Source of the DNA: a virus
IMG/VR virus record: IMGVR_UViG_3300022744_000001
Coordinates: 383,762 to 447,761 of that record
DNA length: 64,000 nucleotides
Strand: one strand, 5' to 3'
Both the position numbers and the translations under genes were made by a program. Shown here piece after piece: positions 28,610 to 37,748 of the stretch (its first letter is position 1; every line of letters begins with the position of its first letter). The notes beneath the pieces are model-generated. The model had not been told where the DNA came from. It saw only the letters and a list, made by a program, of their open reading frames with translations, and did not search any database.

Positions 28610-30794
28610 CAGGCGCCTCTTGGATGCCTCCCTCTACACCAGCCAGAATGGCGGCTGAGATGGAACGAGCAAAAGCAGTACCTCTTTGCACCACTTGGTC
28701 GTTAGCGATAGCCCGACTCACCGCACCACGATCTCCAAGTACCCAGACTTTTTTGCGGGCACGCGTGATGGCGGTATAGAAGAGGTTACGTTGCAGCATC
28801 CGCCCGTGGTTTCGAACCATAGGCAAAACAATGGTCTCGAACTCAGACCCCTGGCACTTGTGAACAGTGATTGTGTACGCGAGCTTGAGTTTCACCGGGA
28901 CTTCGGCCCTCGGAATCTCAACTACGAGGTCAATGCCCCCATCGCCAGCGCCATGGATACGCACCACGAAGTGTTCGCGTTCGATGCTCATGAGCTTGCC
29001 CATGTCACCGTTGTAGACGCCCAGGTCATAGTCGTTTTTTATGACCATCAACCGGTCGCCATCTCGGAACTTGCAACCATCGACGGTGGCCTCCCGCTTA
29101 CCCTCTGCGGGCGGGTTGAGCACTTCCCGAAGCAAGTTGTTCAGGTTGTTGACCCCCAGAACCCCGTCGTACTTCGGGGACAGTACCTGGAAGTTGGCGT
29201 CTCGAGCCTTCAGCTTCAACGCCATTTGCGTAATCAACTCAGCAGCCCTCTCCTCGTTAGGGATGGGGATGAACCTGAAATCGGAGGTCTCGCCTCCCGG
29301 CTCAATGTCCTTCCCCCTATTGATCAAGTGCGAGTTCTTGATGATGTCGCTCTGTTGAGCTTGGCGGAAAATCTTCTCCAACCGGACCGTCGGAACATCT
29401 GAGCACCGAATCAGCTCACGGAGGACGTTACCTGGCCCCACCGAGGGGAGCTGCGCATCGTCCCCCACGAAGACCAGGATCGTCTCGGGGTTGAGAGCAT
29501 CGAGGATGCGGAAGAACAGCTCCTGGTCCACCATGGAGACCTCGTCTACAACGATCGCCCCAATCGGGTACTTGTCACTACGGTCGTAACGCCAGCTGGT
29601 GCCGTCATACCCAAACGCACGATGAATCGTGGAAGCCATGCGGCTGGTAACCGCAGCCAGCCGCTTCGCAGCGATACCCGTAGGCGCCATAAGGGAGTAG
29701 CTGGTCCCGGTTCGCTCAAAGAGATTCACGATGGCTTTGACCACCGTGGTTTTGCCAGTGCCAGGCAACCCTGTCAGGACGAGTACCTTGTGCTGCACCA
29801 GCTTGAAGATGGCCTCCCGCTGCTCAGTGGAGAGGTCGATCTGAAACATCGTTTCGTAGGATTTGATGAAGTCCTCGGGCTCAATGTCGAACTTCGACGC
29901 CCCCATGAACCCAGCCAAAAGGCGAGCAGACTCTCGCTCGTAGTAGTGGCTCTGGGGCAAGTAAACCCCGACGTTCGGGTCCACTATGATTCGCTTGGCG
30001 TCCTCGAGGCGCACAACCGCCTTGGCGATTTCATCCGTGAGGATGGCGTCGTCAAAAGCGTCAATCTCATGGTTTTTAGCGATATCACGCAAGGTCGTTG
30101 TGATATCCCCTCGACGAATACACAGATGCCCGGAATTGGTAGCCTCCCGAAGTACCCAAAGAACGGCGCCTTCATAGCGTCGCGGGTCGTTCTCGGACAC
30201 CCCCAAACTCCGAGCGATACTATCCGCCTTCACGAAGGGGAACTCCTGAATCTCAACGAGGCGGTAGGGGTTCTCCTTGATGATGGACGTCGCCTCGATC
30301 CCAAACTGAACCAGAACCGCACGAACCTGAGTCGATGTAACGTCATGGTCGGACAAGAAGGACGCGAGTTCGGCGCTGGCCCGCACGAACCCCCAGGAGT
30401 TCAGCAAGGTCTCCTTAGCCAAGGCATCCATGTCCGGGATCTGGTCCAGAAGCTCTGGGGTTTCCTCGAAGACCTTGAAGGTATCGACTCCAAAAGCATC
30501 GACAATGTCCCCCGCCCGCAAAGCGGGCACCCCCAAACACGAACGCAGAAAGATCTCCACGTCCCCATCCGAAGCCGCCCACGGCGCCCAGCCAGCCACC
30601 TCAAACTGTCGGCCGTACTTGTTGTGGTGAACCCACCGCCCGGTCAACTCCACGGCCAAGCCCGCGGTCACCGTTTGAACCCCAAACAACGACCCCTTAC
30701 AGGTATAGCGACGATTCGCCGACTCCAACTGGAAGATGTGAAAATCCCCGCTGCTGAACGTGACCGACCAGACCCGACCGTTGAGCTTATCCAT
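28554..30794 (-). CDS. recD2: RecD2-like SF1B helicase
   Basis: H.KYGRQF, NPYRL, GLPGTGKTT, APTG.AA, VDEVSM, GD.AQL, FRQ, TVHKCQGSE, YTAITRA. Confidence 0.92.
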   Translation of the reverse strand: MDKLNGRVWSVTFSSGDFHIFQLESANRRYTCKGSLFGVQTVTAGLAVELTGRWVHHNKYGRQFEVAGWAPWAASDGDVEIFLRSCLGVPALRAGDIVDAFGVDTFKVFEETPELLDQIPDMDALAKETLLNSWGFVRASAELASFLSDHDVTSTQVRAVLVQFGIEATSIIKENPYRLVEIQEFPFVKADSIARSLGVSENDPRRYEGAVLWVLREATNSGHLCIRRGDITTTLRDIAKNHEIDAFDDAILTDEIAKAVVRLEDAKRIIVDPNVGVYLPQSHYYERESARLLAGFMGASKFDIEPEDFIKSYETMFQIDLSTEQREAIFKLVQHKVLVLTGLPGTGKTTVVKAIVNLFERTGTSYSLMAPTGIAAKRLAAVTSRMASTIHRAFGYDGTSWRYDRSDKYPIGAIVVDEVSMVDQELFFRILDALNPETILVFVGDDAQLPSVGPGNVLRELIRCSDVPTVRLEKIFRQAQQSDIIKNSHLINRGKDIEPGGETSDFRFIPIPNEERAAELITQMALKLKARDANFQVLSPKYDGVLGVNNLNNLLREVLNPPAEGKREATVDGCKFRDGDRLMVIKNDYDLGVYNGDMGKLMSIEREHFVVRIHGAGDGGIDLVVEIPRAEVPVKLKLAYTITVHKCQGSEFETIVLPMVRNHGRMLQRNLFYTAITRARKKVWVLGDRGAVSRAIANDQVVQRGTAFARSISAAILAGVEGGIQEAPDGTSRDQRNLRGDIQAPN

Positions 30795-30797
30795 GCT

Positions 30798-32693
30798 TTA
30801 CCCGTTGACCATCGTCAGGAATTCATCTTCGGAAAGGCAGCGCACCCCATACTTCTTGGCTTGCGCTGCCTTCGTTGTGGTTGTGTCTGCTAGCACGAGG
30901 TAGGAAAGTTTCTTGGTAACCGAGGACTTCACCTCCCCCCCAAGACCCTTGACCATGTTCTCGAGGTCACCTCGCTTGTTCGCCATTTCCCCGGTAAAGC
31001 AGAAGCTGAGCCCTGTGAACTTGCCGCGGATGCGTTCCTCGGGGGCAACCCCCACGCCCAAGAGGTCGTCAAGCACGGCCTCGTTTCGAGAAAGCCATGT
31101 CTGGAGAGACCTGGCCTTCACCGGCCCCAAGCCCGGAACCTTGGACAGGTTCCCCAGGGTGGCGGCTCGAATCTTGGGGAGGTCATCGTACCCCGCATCG
31201 ATCACGGCCTTGATGGTCGAAGTCGCCACCCCCGGAATGGACAATGAGCCCAGCAACAACTCAAGCGGGAGCGTCTTCTTGGCGTGCAAGAGTGTGACGA
31301 GTTTGGCCGCCAGTTTGGGGCCCATACGGTCGAGGTCAGCCAGCTGGGCCTCGGTCAACCGATACAGGTCCGGCACCGATTTCACGAGCCCCGTCGAAAC
31401 GAGTTTCTCGAGCAGAACGTCGCCCCACTCAAGCACCTCGATGGACTTGATCCATTGGTTGAGGCGACCTACCACCTGAGCCGAACACCCATTATGGTTG
31501 GGGCAAACGAGGTACTCCCCATCCTGCACCGTTGCGGCTTTGCAGACAGGGCACTCCTTCGGGGGCTGGTGCGCCGTCCCGGCCCCCTTTACCAAGGCAA
31601 CCACTCGAGGGATCACGTCGTTGGCCCGAGCTACCAAAACTCGAGCCCCGATATCGAGCTGAAGGTCAGCGATGTACTTGGCGTTGTAGAGAGAGGCGTT
31701 GGTCACCGTCGCCCCGAGCAGGTTTACCGGGTCGAACTGCGCCACGGGCGTAATACGCCCGGTACCGCCCGTTTGCCAAGCGATGCCCCGAATGATCGTC
31801 TCACGGGTGATCGGGGCGAATTTGAACGCCACCGCGCCCACAGGCCGCAGGTCCTTTTCCCCCAAGGCAAACTGTTGAGCCAGGTCGTTCACGGAGACCA
31901 CGAGGCCGTCAATCTCGTAATCGAGCTGGTCCCGCTTGGTTTGCTGGTAATCGACCCAGATATCGTGAGGGGTTTTGATGCCAAGCCATAGCCCAGAAAG
32001 CGCCCACCAAGGAGTGATGAGACCCAAGCTCGCCAGGAACTTGAACTGCTCGTCCTGGGTCGAGAACTCAGGCCCCTTCACAACCTTGTAAACGAACACC
32101 GTGAGGTGCTCGCACCCACGACCATCGTACCTCTTCGCAATCCCAGAGGCAGCGTTGCGAGTGTTGGCGTAGTCGTTGTTGAACTGCTTCTCGAGGTCGC
32201 TCTTGAGCAGAACGATCTCCCCTCGAATCGTGCAGGCTACCTTCTTGGGGAGAGTCTCCTTGACCCCCTTCATCCTGCGAACGTTCGCCGTGATGTCCTC
32301 GCCAATGAGGCCGTCACCTCGGGTCGAAGCTCGAGCCAACTTGCCGTCCGTGTACTCCAACTGCACGGAGATGCCGTCGAGCTTTTCCGTAATGAAAAGG
32401 GTCGCACCGGGGGCGTAGGAGTTAACCCAATCGGTCATCTCCTCCATGGTGTTGACCTTGTTCAAGGACCCCATGGGGTAGGCATGCTTGACCTTGGTCC
32501 ATTCGGACACCACGGGAGCGCCCACAGAAACCACCAGCCGGTTGATGGTGTCGAGGTCGGAAAGCTCATCGACCCAGGCGTCATAGACTTCGTCGCTGAC
32601 AGTGGGCTGTTTGTTGTAGTAGGCGTCGCGCGCTTCAGCGACCTGCTTCTCAAGCTCAGCAATCCGGTCCCGCCGCTGTTCGTCGGTCAGCAT
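30798..32693 (-). CDS. ligA: NAD-dependent DNA ligase
   Basis: YY...SD..YD, EKLDG, RGE, DGLV, Zn finger, HhH, BRCT (FCFTG). Confidence 0.95.
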   Translation of the reverse strand: MLTDEQRRDRIAELEKQVAEARDAYYNKQPTVSDEVYDAWVDELSDLDTINRLVVSVGAPVVSEWTKVKHAYPMGSLNKVNTMEEMTDWVNSYAPGATLFITEKLDGISVQLEYTDGKLARASTRGDGLIGEDITANVRRMKGVKETLPKKVACTIRGEIVLLKSDLEKQFNNDYANTRNAASGIAKRYDGRGCEHLTVFVYKVVKGPEFSTQDEQFKFLASLGLITPWWALSGLWLGIKTPHDIWVDYQQTKRDQLDYEIDGLVVSVNDLAQQFALGEKDLRPVGAVAFKFAPITRETIIRGIAWQTGGTGRITPVAQFDPVNLLGATVTNASLYNAKYIADLQLDIGARVLVARANDVIPRVVALVKGAGTAHQPPKECPVCKAATVQDGEYLVCPNHNGCSAQVVGRLNQWIKSIEVLEWGDVLLEKLVSTGLVKSVPDLYRLTEAQLADLDRMGPKLAAKLVTLLHAKKTLPLELLLGSLSIPGVATSTIKAVIDAGYDDLPKIRAATLGNLSKVPGLGPVKARSLQTWLSRNEAVLDDLLGVGVAPEERIRGKFTGLSFCFTGEMANKRGDLENMVKGLGGEVKSSVTKKLSYLVLADTTTTKAAQAKKYGVRCLSEDEFLTMVNG

Positions 32694-32947
32694 TTCTTGC
32701 CTCCAGGGGCATCAACAACCTGAACCGACTCCCCTTGGGCCTCAGCCTCGCGGGCGAGCTGTTCGATCTGAGCAAGAGTGGCCAGAGGCACAACCACCAA
32801 TCGAACCTCTCTGCCCGCAAGACTTTTGAGCGCGGTTTGAGGGTCGTGGGACTGTGCTGCATCGCGGATGGTGCAATAGCCGGTAAAAGGGTCGGATTCG
32901 ACAACCCCCTCAACGATGTGCACTTCCGAGGTATTGATCTCGGACAA
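32687..32947 (-). CDS. Hypothetical protein
   Basis: GGAGG Shine-Dalgarno before TTG at 32947; coupled to ligA. Confidence 0.55.
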   Translation of the reverse strand: MSEINTSEVHIVEGVVESDPFTGYCTIRDAAQSHDPQTALKSLAGREVRLVVVPLATLAQIEQLAREAEAQGESVQVVDAPGGKKC

Positions 32948-33026
32948 ATGAACCTCCAGGGGGTTAAGCGAAAAACCCCTCCCGGTAAACACCGAGAGGG
33001 GTCGCGCGCCAGGTAAAAAGGCTAGC

Positions 33027-34967
33027 TCAACGAGTCGGGCACACTCCGCCAGCGCACTCCTCAACCTCCATGTTGCCGCCACGGGTGAGCGGGTGCTTGT
33101 GGTTGATCTTGGAGTACATGGCGTCGTGTTGCTCTTCGCTGATGACCTCGTACGGCGGTTGAGCGTACCCGTGCACCTTGTTGAGCACCGAGGTGCTCTT
33201 CAGGAACGGCACGTACTCGCGAAGGCACTCGGTCAGCTCTTCCTTCTCCGCACGGTCGAAGGACAAGGTCGCGGAAACAGCGTTGTCGGCCCACGCTTCT
33301 TGGACAGCCTTCTGGCGCTCGAACTGGTCGCGGATAGTCTCGGTCTGAACCGTGACCTTCGTGTGAGCGGCCTTGGTCGGGAACGCGAACACCCAAGTGT
33401 GGCCGCTCTTGTCGTAGATGTCCTCTTCGTGGGGCACGCCCGCCTCAATCATGGCCCCGGCAAGCGGGTCATTCTTGGCGATACGGGTACGACGCACATA
33501 GTAGGGTGCGTAGGGGGCGTGGATGCCCGGGCTCGAGCCGTTGAGCAGCGAGATGGTGCCGCTGGGCTTCACCGTCGTAACGGTCAAAGGAGCGGCAACC
33601 CCAAGCTCTTCGGCATAGCGGTTGGCTTCGTCTCGGCAGGTACCATAGAAGTGGCGAAGCTGGGCCTTGTTCCACTCGAAATCGCAGAGGCCGCCGAGCC
33701 CAACACCCACGCGCATGTTCGCGTTGCCGACTTCCTGGCTCTTGGGGTCCGAGAGGGGCGTGAGGCGCTGACGAAGGCAGTAGCGAGTCACGAGGCGCAA
33801 AACCTCCGTGGGGTTGGTACCTTCCTCAAAGAAAGCCGGGAAGACCTCAGCCAGGTTGCATGCTTCACGGTCGTGAAGGGCCTGCTCGCCGCAGGGGTTC
33901 ACGCCCTTGGCTCCACGGTCCGAAGCCCACACGAGAGGCAGATTGAGAAGGCCGGGCTCGCCGTACTCGATGTTGTCCTCGACCAGGCCAGCCCAATCGA
34001 AATTCGCGATCTGCTCCCATGAGCGAAACACGATGGAGTTGTTCGAGGTATGACGGTGGCTGACCACCTTCTCGAAATCCTTCTTGGCGTCACGGAAAGC
34101 CTGATCCTGGGCGTCCCCGAGCACGATAAGGGCCGAGCGGCGAACGTTGCCCGCCTTGATGCAGAGGCCGATGTAGTTCGTAATGTCCAGAGCTTCGACG
34201 CTCGAGAGCTTGCGCCCAGCCGCGGCCCGGATGATGTCCCAGGCGTTCCGGAGAAGGTTGACGAGCGGGCCGGGACCACAAGCGATGCCCCCGAAGGTGC
34301 GGATGGGAAGGCCACGGGCCCGGATATCCGAAACATCGACGATGATGTCCTTGCCCTCAAAAGCAGAGGTCAGGACAGTTCGAAGGGCGTCTACCCAACC
34401 CTCGCGAGAGTCAGGTACCCGGAGCACGGGCGTCTGGCCATTGAGGTAGGTACGGGCGTCGGGCTTGACCTCATCGATGTTCACGTGGCCTTCAGTGCAC
34501 CACACAGCCATCCGAGCCGGGTTCTTGTTGACCACGGGCAGGCTGCCAATCTCCGCAAGGCCCACACCTACGCCGCCGCCGAGCATGAGCTGGTTCGCGG
34601 TCCAGCACCAGTCGTCCACACCGTAGAGCGTCGTGTACCAGCAGTTATACCGAGCATCACTGGGAATGCCTTCAACGCCGCCGGTCCAAAGACCACGACC
34701 CGGGGGCAACGCCTGACCGGTCCAGAAGTAGTGGAACAGCTTTTCAGCTTCCGACTCACTGACACTCGACGCCAGCGACACATTGCCTTCGACCACCCGC
34801 CGAATCGTGTCAGTCCAAGCTTCCCCGTTGCGCGAATACTTGGTCAAGTACGTCGATCGCGCGAGCAAGGATTTGAAAGGATCGCCCATGTAGTAGTAAG
34901 GGGCGAGGAACTCCTCAGTGAGACGTACTTGCTTTGGCGGATTCGCGGTCAGAATCAGCATACCCAA
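33027..34967 (-). CDS. nrdJ: Class II (B12-dependent) ribonucleotide reductase, monomeric type
   Basis: PPGRGLW, YNC, GGGVG, DSREGW, GNVRRSA, NPCGE, CNLAE, TVKPSGT, C-terminal CAGGVCP. Confidence 0.93.
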   Translation of the reverse strand: MGMLILTANPPKQVRLTEEFLAPYYYMGDPFKSLLARSTYLTKYSRNGEAWTDTIRRVVEGNVSLASSVSESEAEKLFHYFWTGQALPPGRGLWTGGVEGIPSDARYNCWYTTLYGVDDWCWTANQLMLGGGVGVGLAEIGSLPVVNKNPARMAVWCTEGHVNIDEVKPDARTYLNGQTPVLRVPDSREGWVDALRTVLTSAFEGKDIIVDVSDIRARGLPIRTFGGIACGPGPLVNLLRNAWDIIRAAAGRKLSSVEALDITNYIGLCIKAGNVRRSALIVLGDAQDQAFRDAKKDFEKVVSHRHTSNNSIVFRSWEQIANFDWAGLVEDNIEYGEPGLLNLPLVWASDRGAKGVNPCGEQALHDREACNLAEVFPAFFEEGTNPTEVLRLVTRYCLRQRLTPLSDPKSQEVGNANMRVGVGLGGLCDFEWNKAQLRHFYGTCRDEANRYAEELGVAAPLTVTTVKPSGTISLLNGSSPGIHAPYAPYYVRRTRIAKNDPLAGAMIEAGVPHEEDIYDKSGHTWVFAFPTKAAHTKVTVQTETIRDQFERQKAVQEAWADNAVSATLSFDRAEKEELTECLREYVPFLKSTSVLNKVHGYAQPPYEVISEEQHDAMYSKINHKHPLTRGGNMEVEECAGGVCPTR

Positions 34968-34973
34968 CTCCTG

Positions 34974-35957
34974 TCAAGTAGAGAGATCGAGGACGGCCAG
35001 TTCAATCAGCGTCCTTCGATGACTCGTGCTTTTAATTTCCACATCTAGTTCCGATAGTTTCTGCATAATCCCAGCGAGCGACTTGACAGAATGCTTGCTG
35101 GCTTGGACATGCACCGTTTGTTTGTATCGAAACGGGTGCATCGCCAACCGCGCAGCCACATCCTCTACCTGACACCCCCTGTCGAGTAGAGAACGAGCCA
35201 CGAAGGCTTTTTCAACCCCTTTAGCCAAGGTACCCGCGAGCAAAATCGACGGGTCGTCATTGGCAAAGCGGTAGAGCGAGTTCAGGGCGTTCATGGCCCC
35301 TTTGCGATTCTTCATGAGAGCCGCGTCCACAACGTCCCACGGGTCAGAGCCCGAGGTCTGAACCCCAACCATCTTCACATGGTTGAGGTCCGCGGTACCT
35401 TCAGGACCCACGAACAGCTTGAGCTTGTTCAACTCATTGCTGATGCGATAGAGGTCGCCGCCCGTAAGATGGAACAAAGCGATCGCCACCTTGGGGTCGA
35501 TCTTCAACTGGATGCGCTTGGCCTCCTCCGCAGCCCACTTGATGACTTCGTTGTTGTTGTCGAAGGTTTTCAGCTTCTCGTGTTTACGAAGCTGCACAAT
35601 CGACTCACTCAACTTGGACCAGGTGGCCGGAAGCTTTTCGGTACGGAAGAGGCAGGCGAGCACCGTGGTCATGTCCGCCTTCTGTTTCCCGTCGAAATAC
35701 GCCTTGAGGCGCTTCTCAACCTTCAACTTCTGGGCGTTGTCTACAATGACGAGACGGGACTGGATGCTCGTAGGGTCGTCGAAGTCAATCGAAACCGACT
35801 CACAAGCCGAGACAAGCTGACCCTCTGTGATGGACTCGCCATCGAGGATCGTGACCTCGCGCTTTGGGTACTTTCTCAACCATTGGAGGTCGCGGTCGAG
35901 AAAGAACTCCTCCTCCCCAAAAGACAATACGACCGGGGATGTGAGACGAAACGACAT
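34974..35957 (-). CDS. holA: DNA polymerase III delta subunit-like
   Basis: FGEEEF, RLVIVDN, GGDL..I.NELNKL, D.EIKS. Confidence 0.8.
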   Translation of the reverse strand: MSFRLTSPVVLSFGEEEFFLDRDLQWLRKYPKREVTILDGESITEGQLVSACESVSIDFDDPTSIQSRLVIVDNAQKLKVEKRLKAYFDGKQKADMTTVLACLFRTEKLPATWSKLSESIVQLRKHEKLKTFDNNNEVIKWAAEEAKRIQLKIDPKVAIALFHLTGGDLYRISNELNKLKLFVGPEGTADLNHVKMVGVQTSGSDPWDVVDAALMKNRKGAMNALNSLYRFANDDPSILLAGTLAKGVEKAFVARSLLDRGCQVEDVAARLAMHPFRYKQTVHVQASKHSVKSLAGIMQKLSELDVEIKSTSHRRTLIELAVLDLST

Positions 35958-35962
35958 CTCCC

Positions 35963-36913
35963 TCACCCGATGAAGGCCGCCATCAAAGCGGCTTTGACTT
36001 GAAGTGGGAGATTCACATGCACTGACTCGTAACGGACCCAGGCCGTGCGCAGTGCGCGCCACAAGTTAGCCAAGGTATCCTTTCCGAATCGAGCGTACAT
36101 ATCAGAGAGGTCTTCCTGGATATCTACATTGACAATACGATTTGGCGCCGACGGGAGTACCAACAGGTCGTGAGTAACAAACACCAGCATGCGAAGCACT
36201 ATGGGGAGGTCTTTACTGAATTCATCCAGAATCGAAAACGCAGCGGGCAAATCCCCGGCCAAACCTTGGCGGAGAATTTCGACGCACTTATCCCGGACCA
36301 CGATGCGGTTGGAACCCCAGAACCGCGTGGCTCTCCCTATCGAACCTTCACCTAAGCGCGCGTACACAAGTGCCTTATCACGGTTTCGCTCGAACTGAGA
36401 CACCCGCTCAAAGACAAAGGATTCCGGAAGGATGCGGTAATCCACTCGCCCGCACCGTGATCGAATCGTCGGGATCACCCGCTCAAATGACTCGGCAAGG
36501 AGGAAAAACCTGGAGAACTCCGGGGGCTCCTCAAGCGTTTTGAGCACGGCGTTGGCCGCCGCCGACGTCATCCGGTCTGCCCCGTCCAAGATGAAGAAAC
36601 GACACGGGGATGCCACCGGGTGCTGTTGAGCGCTCGCGACCACCTCACGAACGGAATCCACGTCCATTTCCTTGTCGGGCGGCGGAGCGACGACGATGAC
36701 ATCCGGGTGTACCCCACGCTCAACCTGCACAACCGCAGGGCTGTCGGGGCCCCCTCGAGCCGCGCTGACAATCTCCCGGATCGCGGCCAGGGCCGAAGCC
36801 TTACGGCCAACCCCCTCATCCCCAACCAGAAGGAGGGGCTTGCGGAGACTGCCGTCCACGACTCGACGCAAGCAGTTGACTGCTTCGTCCTGTCCTACGA
36901 TCTCACTCAGCAC
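35963..36913 (-). CDS. holB: DNA polymerase III delta' subunit-like
   Basis: IVGQ, G.EGVGR, HPD, AANAVLKTLEEPP, PTIRSRC. Confidence 0.88.
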   Translation of the reverse strand: MLSEIVGQDEAVNCLRRVVDGSLRKPLLLVGDEGVGRKASALAAIREIVSAARGGPDSPAVVQVERGVHPDVIVVAPPPDKEMDVDSVREVVASAQQHPVASPCRFFILDGADRMTSAAANAVLKTLEEPPEFSRFFLLAESFERVIPTIRSRCGRVDYRILPESFVFERVSQFERNRDKALVYARLGEGSIGRATRFWGSNRIVVRDKCVEILRQGLAGDLPAAFSILDEFSKDLPIVLRMLVFVTHDLLVLPSAPNRIVNVDIQEDLSDMYARFGKDTLANLWRALRTAWVRYESVHVNLPLQVKAALMAAFIG

Positions 36914-37109
36914 ATTCCCCCGGCAGTGCTTTTGGCAGCTCTCTTGGTTCGACAGGTATGAACATGATTTGGAGGAGGTAGTTTTGTCCGCATTTCCCGC
37001 AGACGTACCGAACCACCTCTTGTCCACTCGCCCCTAGAAACCCACCGCAGTCAGGACGAATACACCGTACAACCCCAATTTTCGGTATGCCTACTTCAGA
37101 TGCTGACAT
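36903..37109 (-). CDS. Small zinc-ribbon protein
   Basis: C....C and C..C pairs. Confidence 0.5.
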   Translation of the reverse strand: MSASEVGIPKIGVVRCIRPDCGGFLGASGQEVVRYVCGKCGQNYLLQIMFIPVEPRELPKALPGECAE

Positions 37110-37326
37110 ACCCGCCAACACTAGCGTTCCAGGTCGTCCCGCATTTCACACAACGGTAAATGCGGTTGTGAGGCACCCCGGCATGCTCCAGGGTAGGGGA
37201 GATGGCAACTTCCGTGACTTGGGTACCAGGGCACTGCTCGCGTCGGCACTTCATGGAGATCAGCTTTGTTGGAGCCTCCGTGTTAGATGCCAAGCCGGGT
37301 TCAGTACCTTTCGGGTCGAAGGTCAT
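37096..37326 (-). CDS. Small zinc-ribbon protein
   Basis: KCRREQC ... YRCVKCGTTW. Confidence 0.65.
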   Translation of the reverse strand: MTFDPKGTEPGLASNTEAPTKLISMKCRREQCPGTQVTEVAISPTLEHAGVPHNRIYRCVKCGTTWNASVGGYVSI

Positions 37327-37328
37327 AA

Positions 37329-37703
37329 CTACTCCTCTGGGAACAATGGGTCGAGAATCCGAATGATTCGCTCGTACAGCTCCGGGTCGTTACGATCCAC
37401 GACCGAAATATCGTAGTAGTCGTTCCGATGAAGCACCGTACGTTGTGACACCGGAACGATGAGGGGGTCGAAGGTACCATCCGTGAGGTAGGGTAAAACC
37501 AACCTCCAGTCCTCCGACCTTACCAAAATGTCTACGCCGGGACCGTAGAACCGGATCGCGTAGACATCGTTGATGACGAATTTATCGACGTTGGCTTGTT
37601 TGCGAATGACGGCAACCATGGCTCTCGCCAAGGTCGGCACATCTCGCTTGAGCAGGCGTTGGGGGCGGTGGCCCGCGATGCGGAAAAGGCGCTGGTCCAT
37701 CAC
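37329..37703 (-). CDS. Hypothetical protein
   Basis: 124 aa, fills the gap between genes. Confidence 0.6.
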   Translation of the reverse strand: MMDQRLFRIAGHRPQRLLKRDVPTLARAMVAVIRKQANVDKFVINDVYAIRFYGPGVDILVRSEDWRLVLPYLTDGTFDPLIVPVSQRTVLHRNDYYDISVVDRNDPELYERIIRILDPLFPEE

Positions 37704-37748
37704 CAGAGCCCTTCAACACATAGAATCGCGCCCTCGCCCTGCGGCTCT

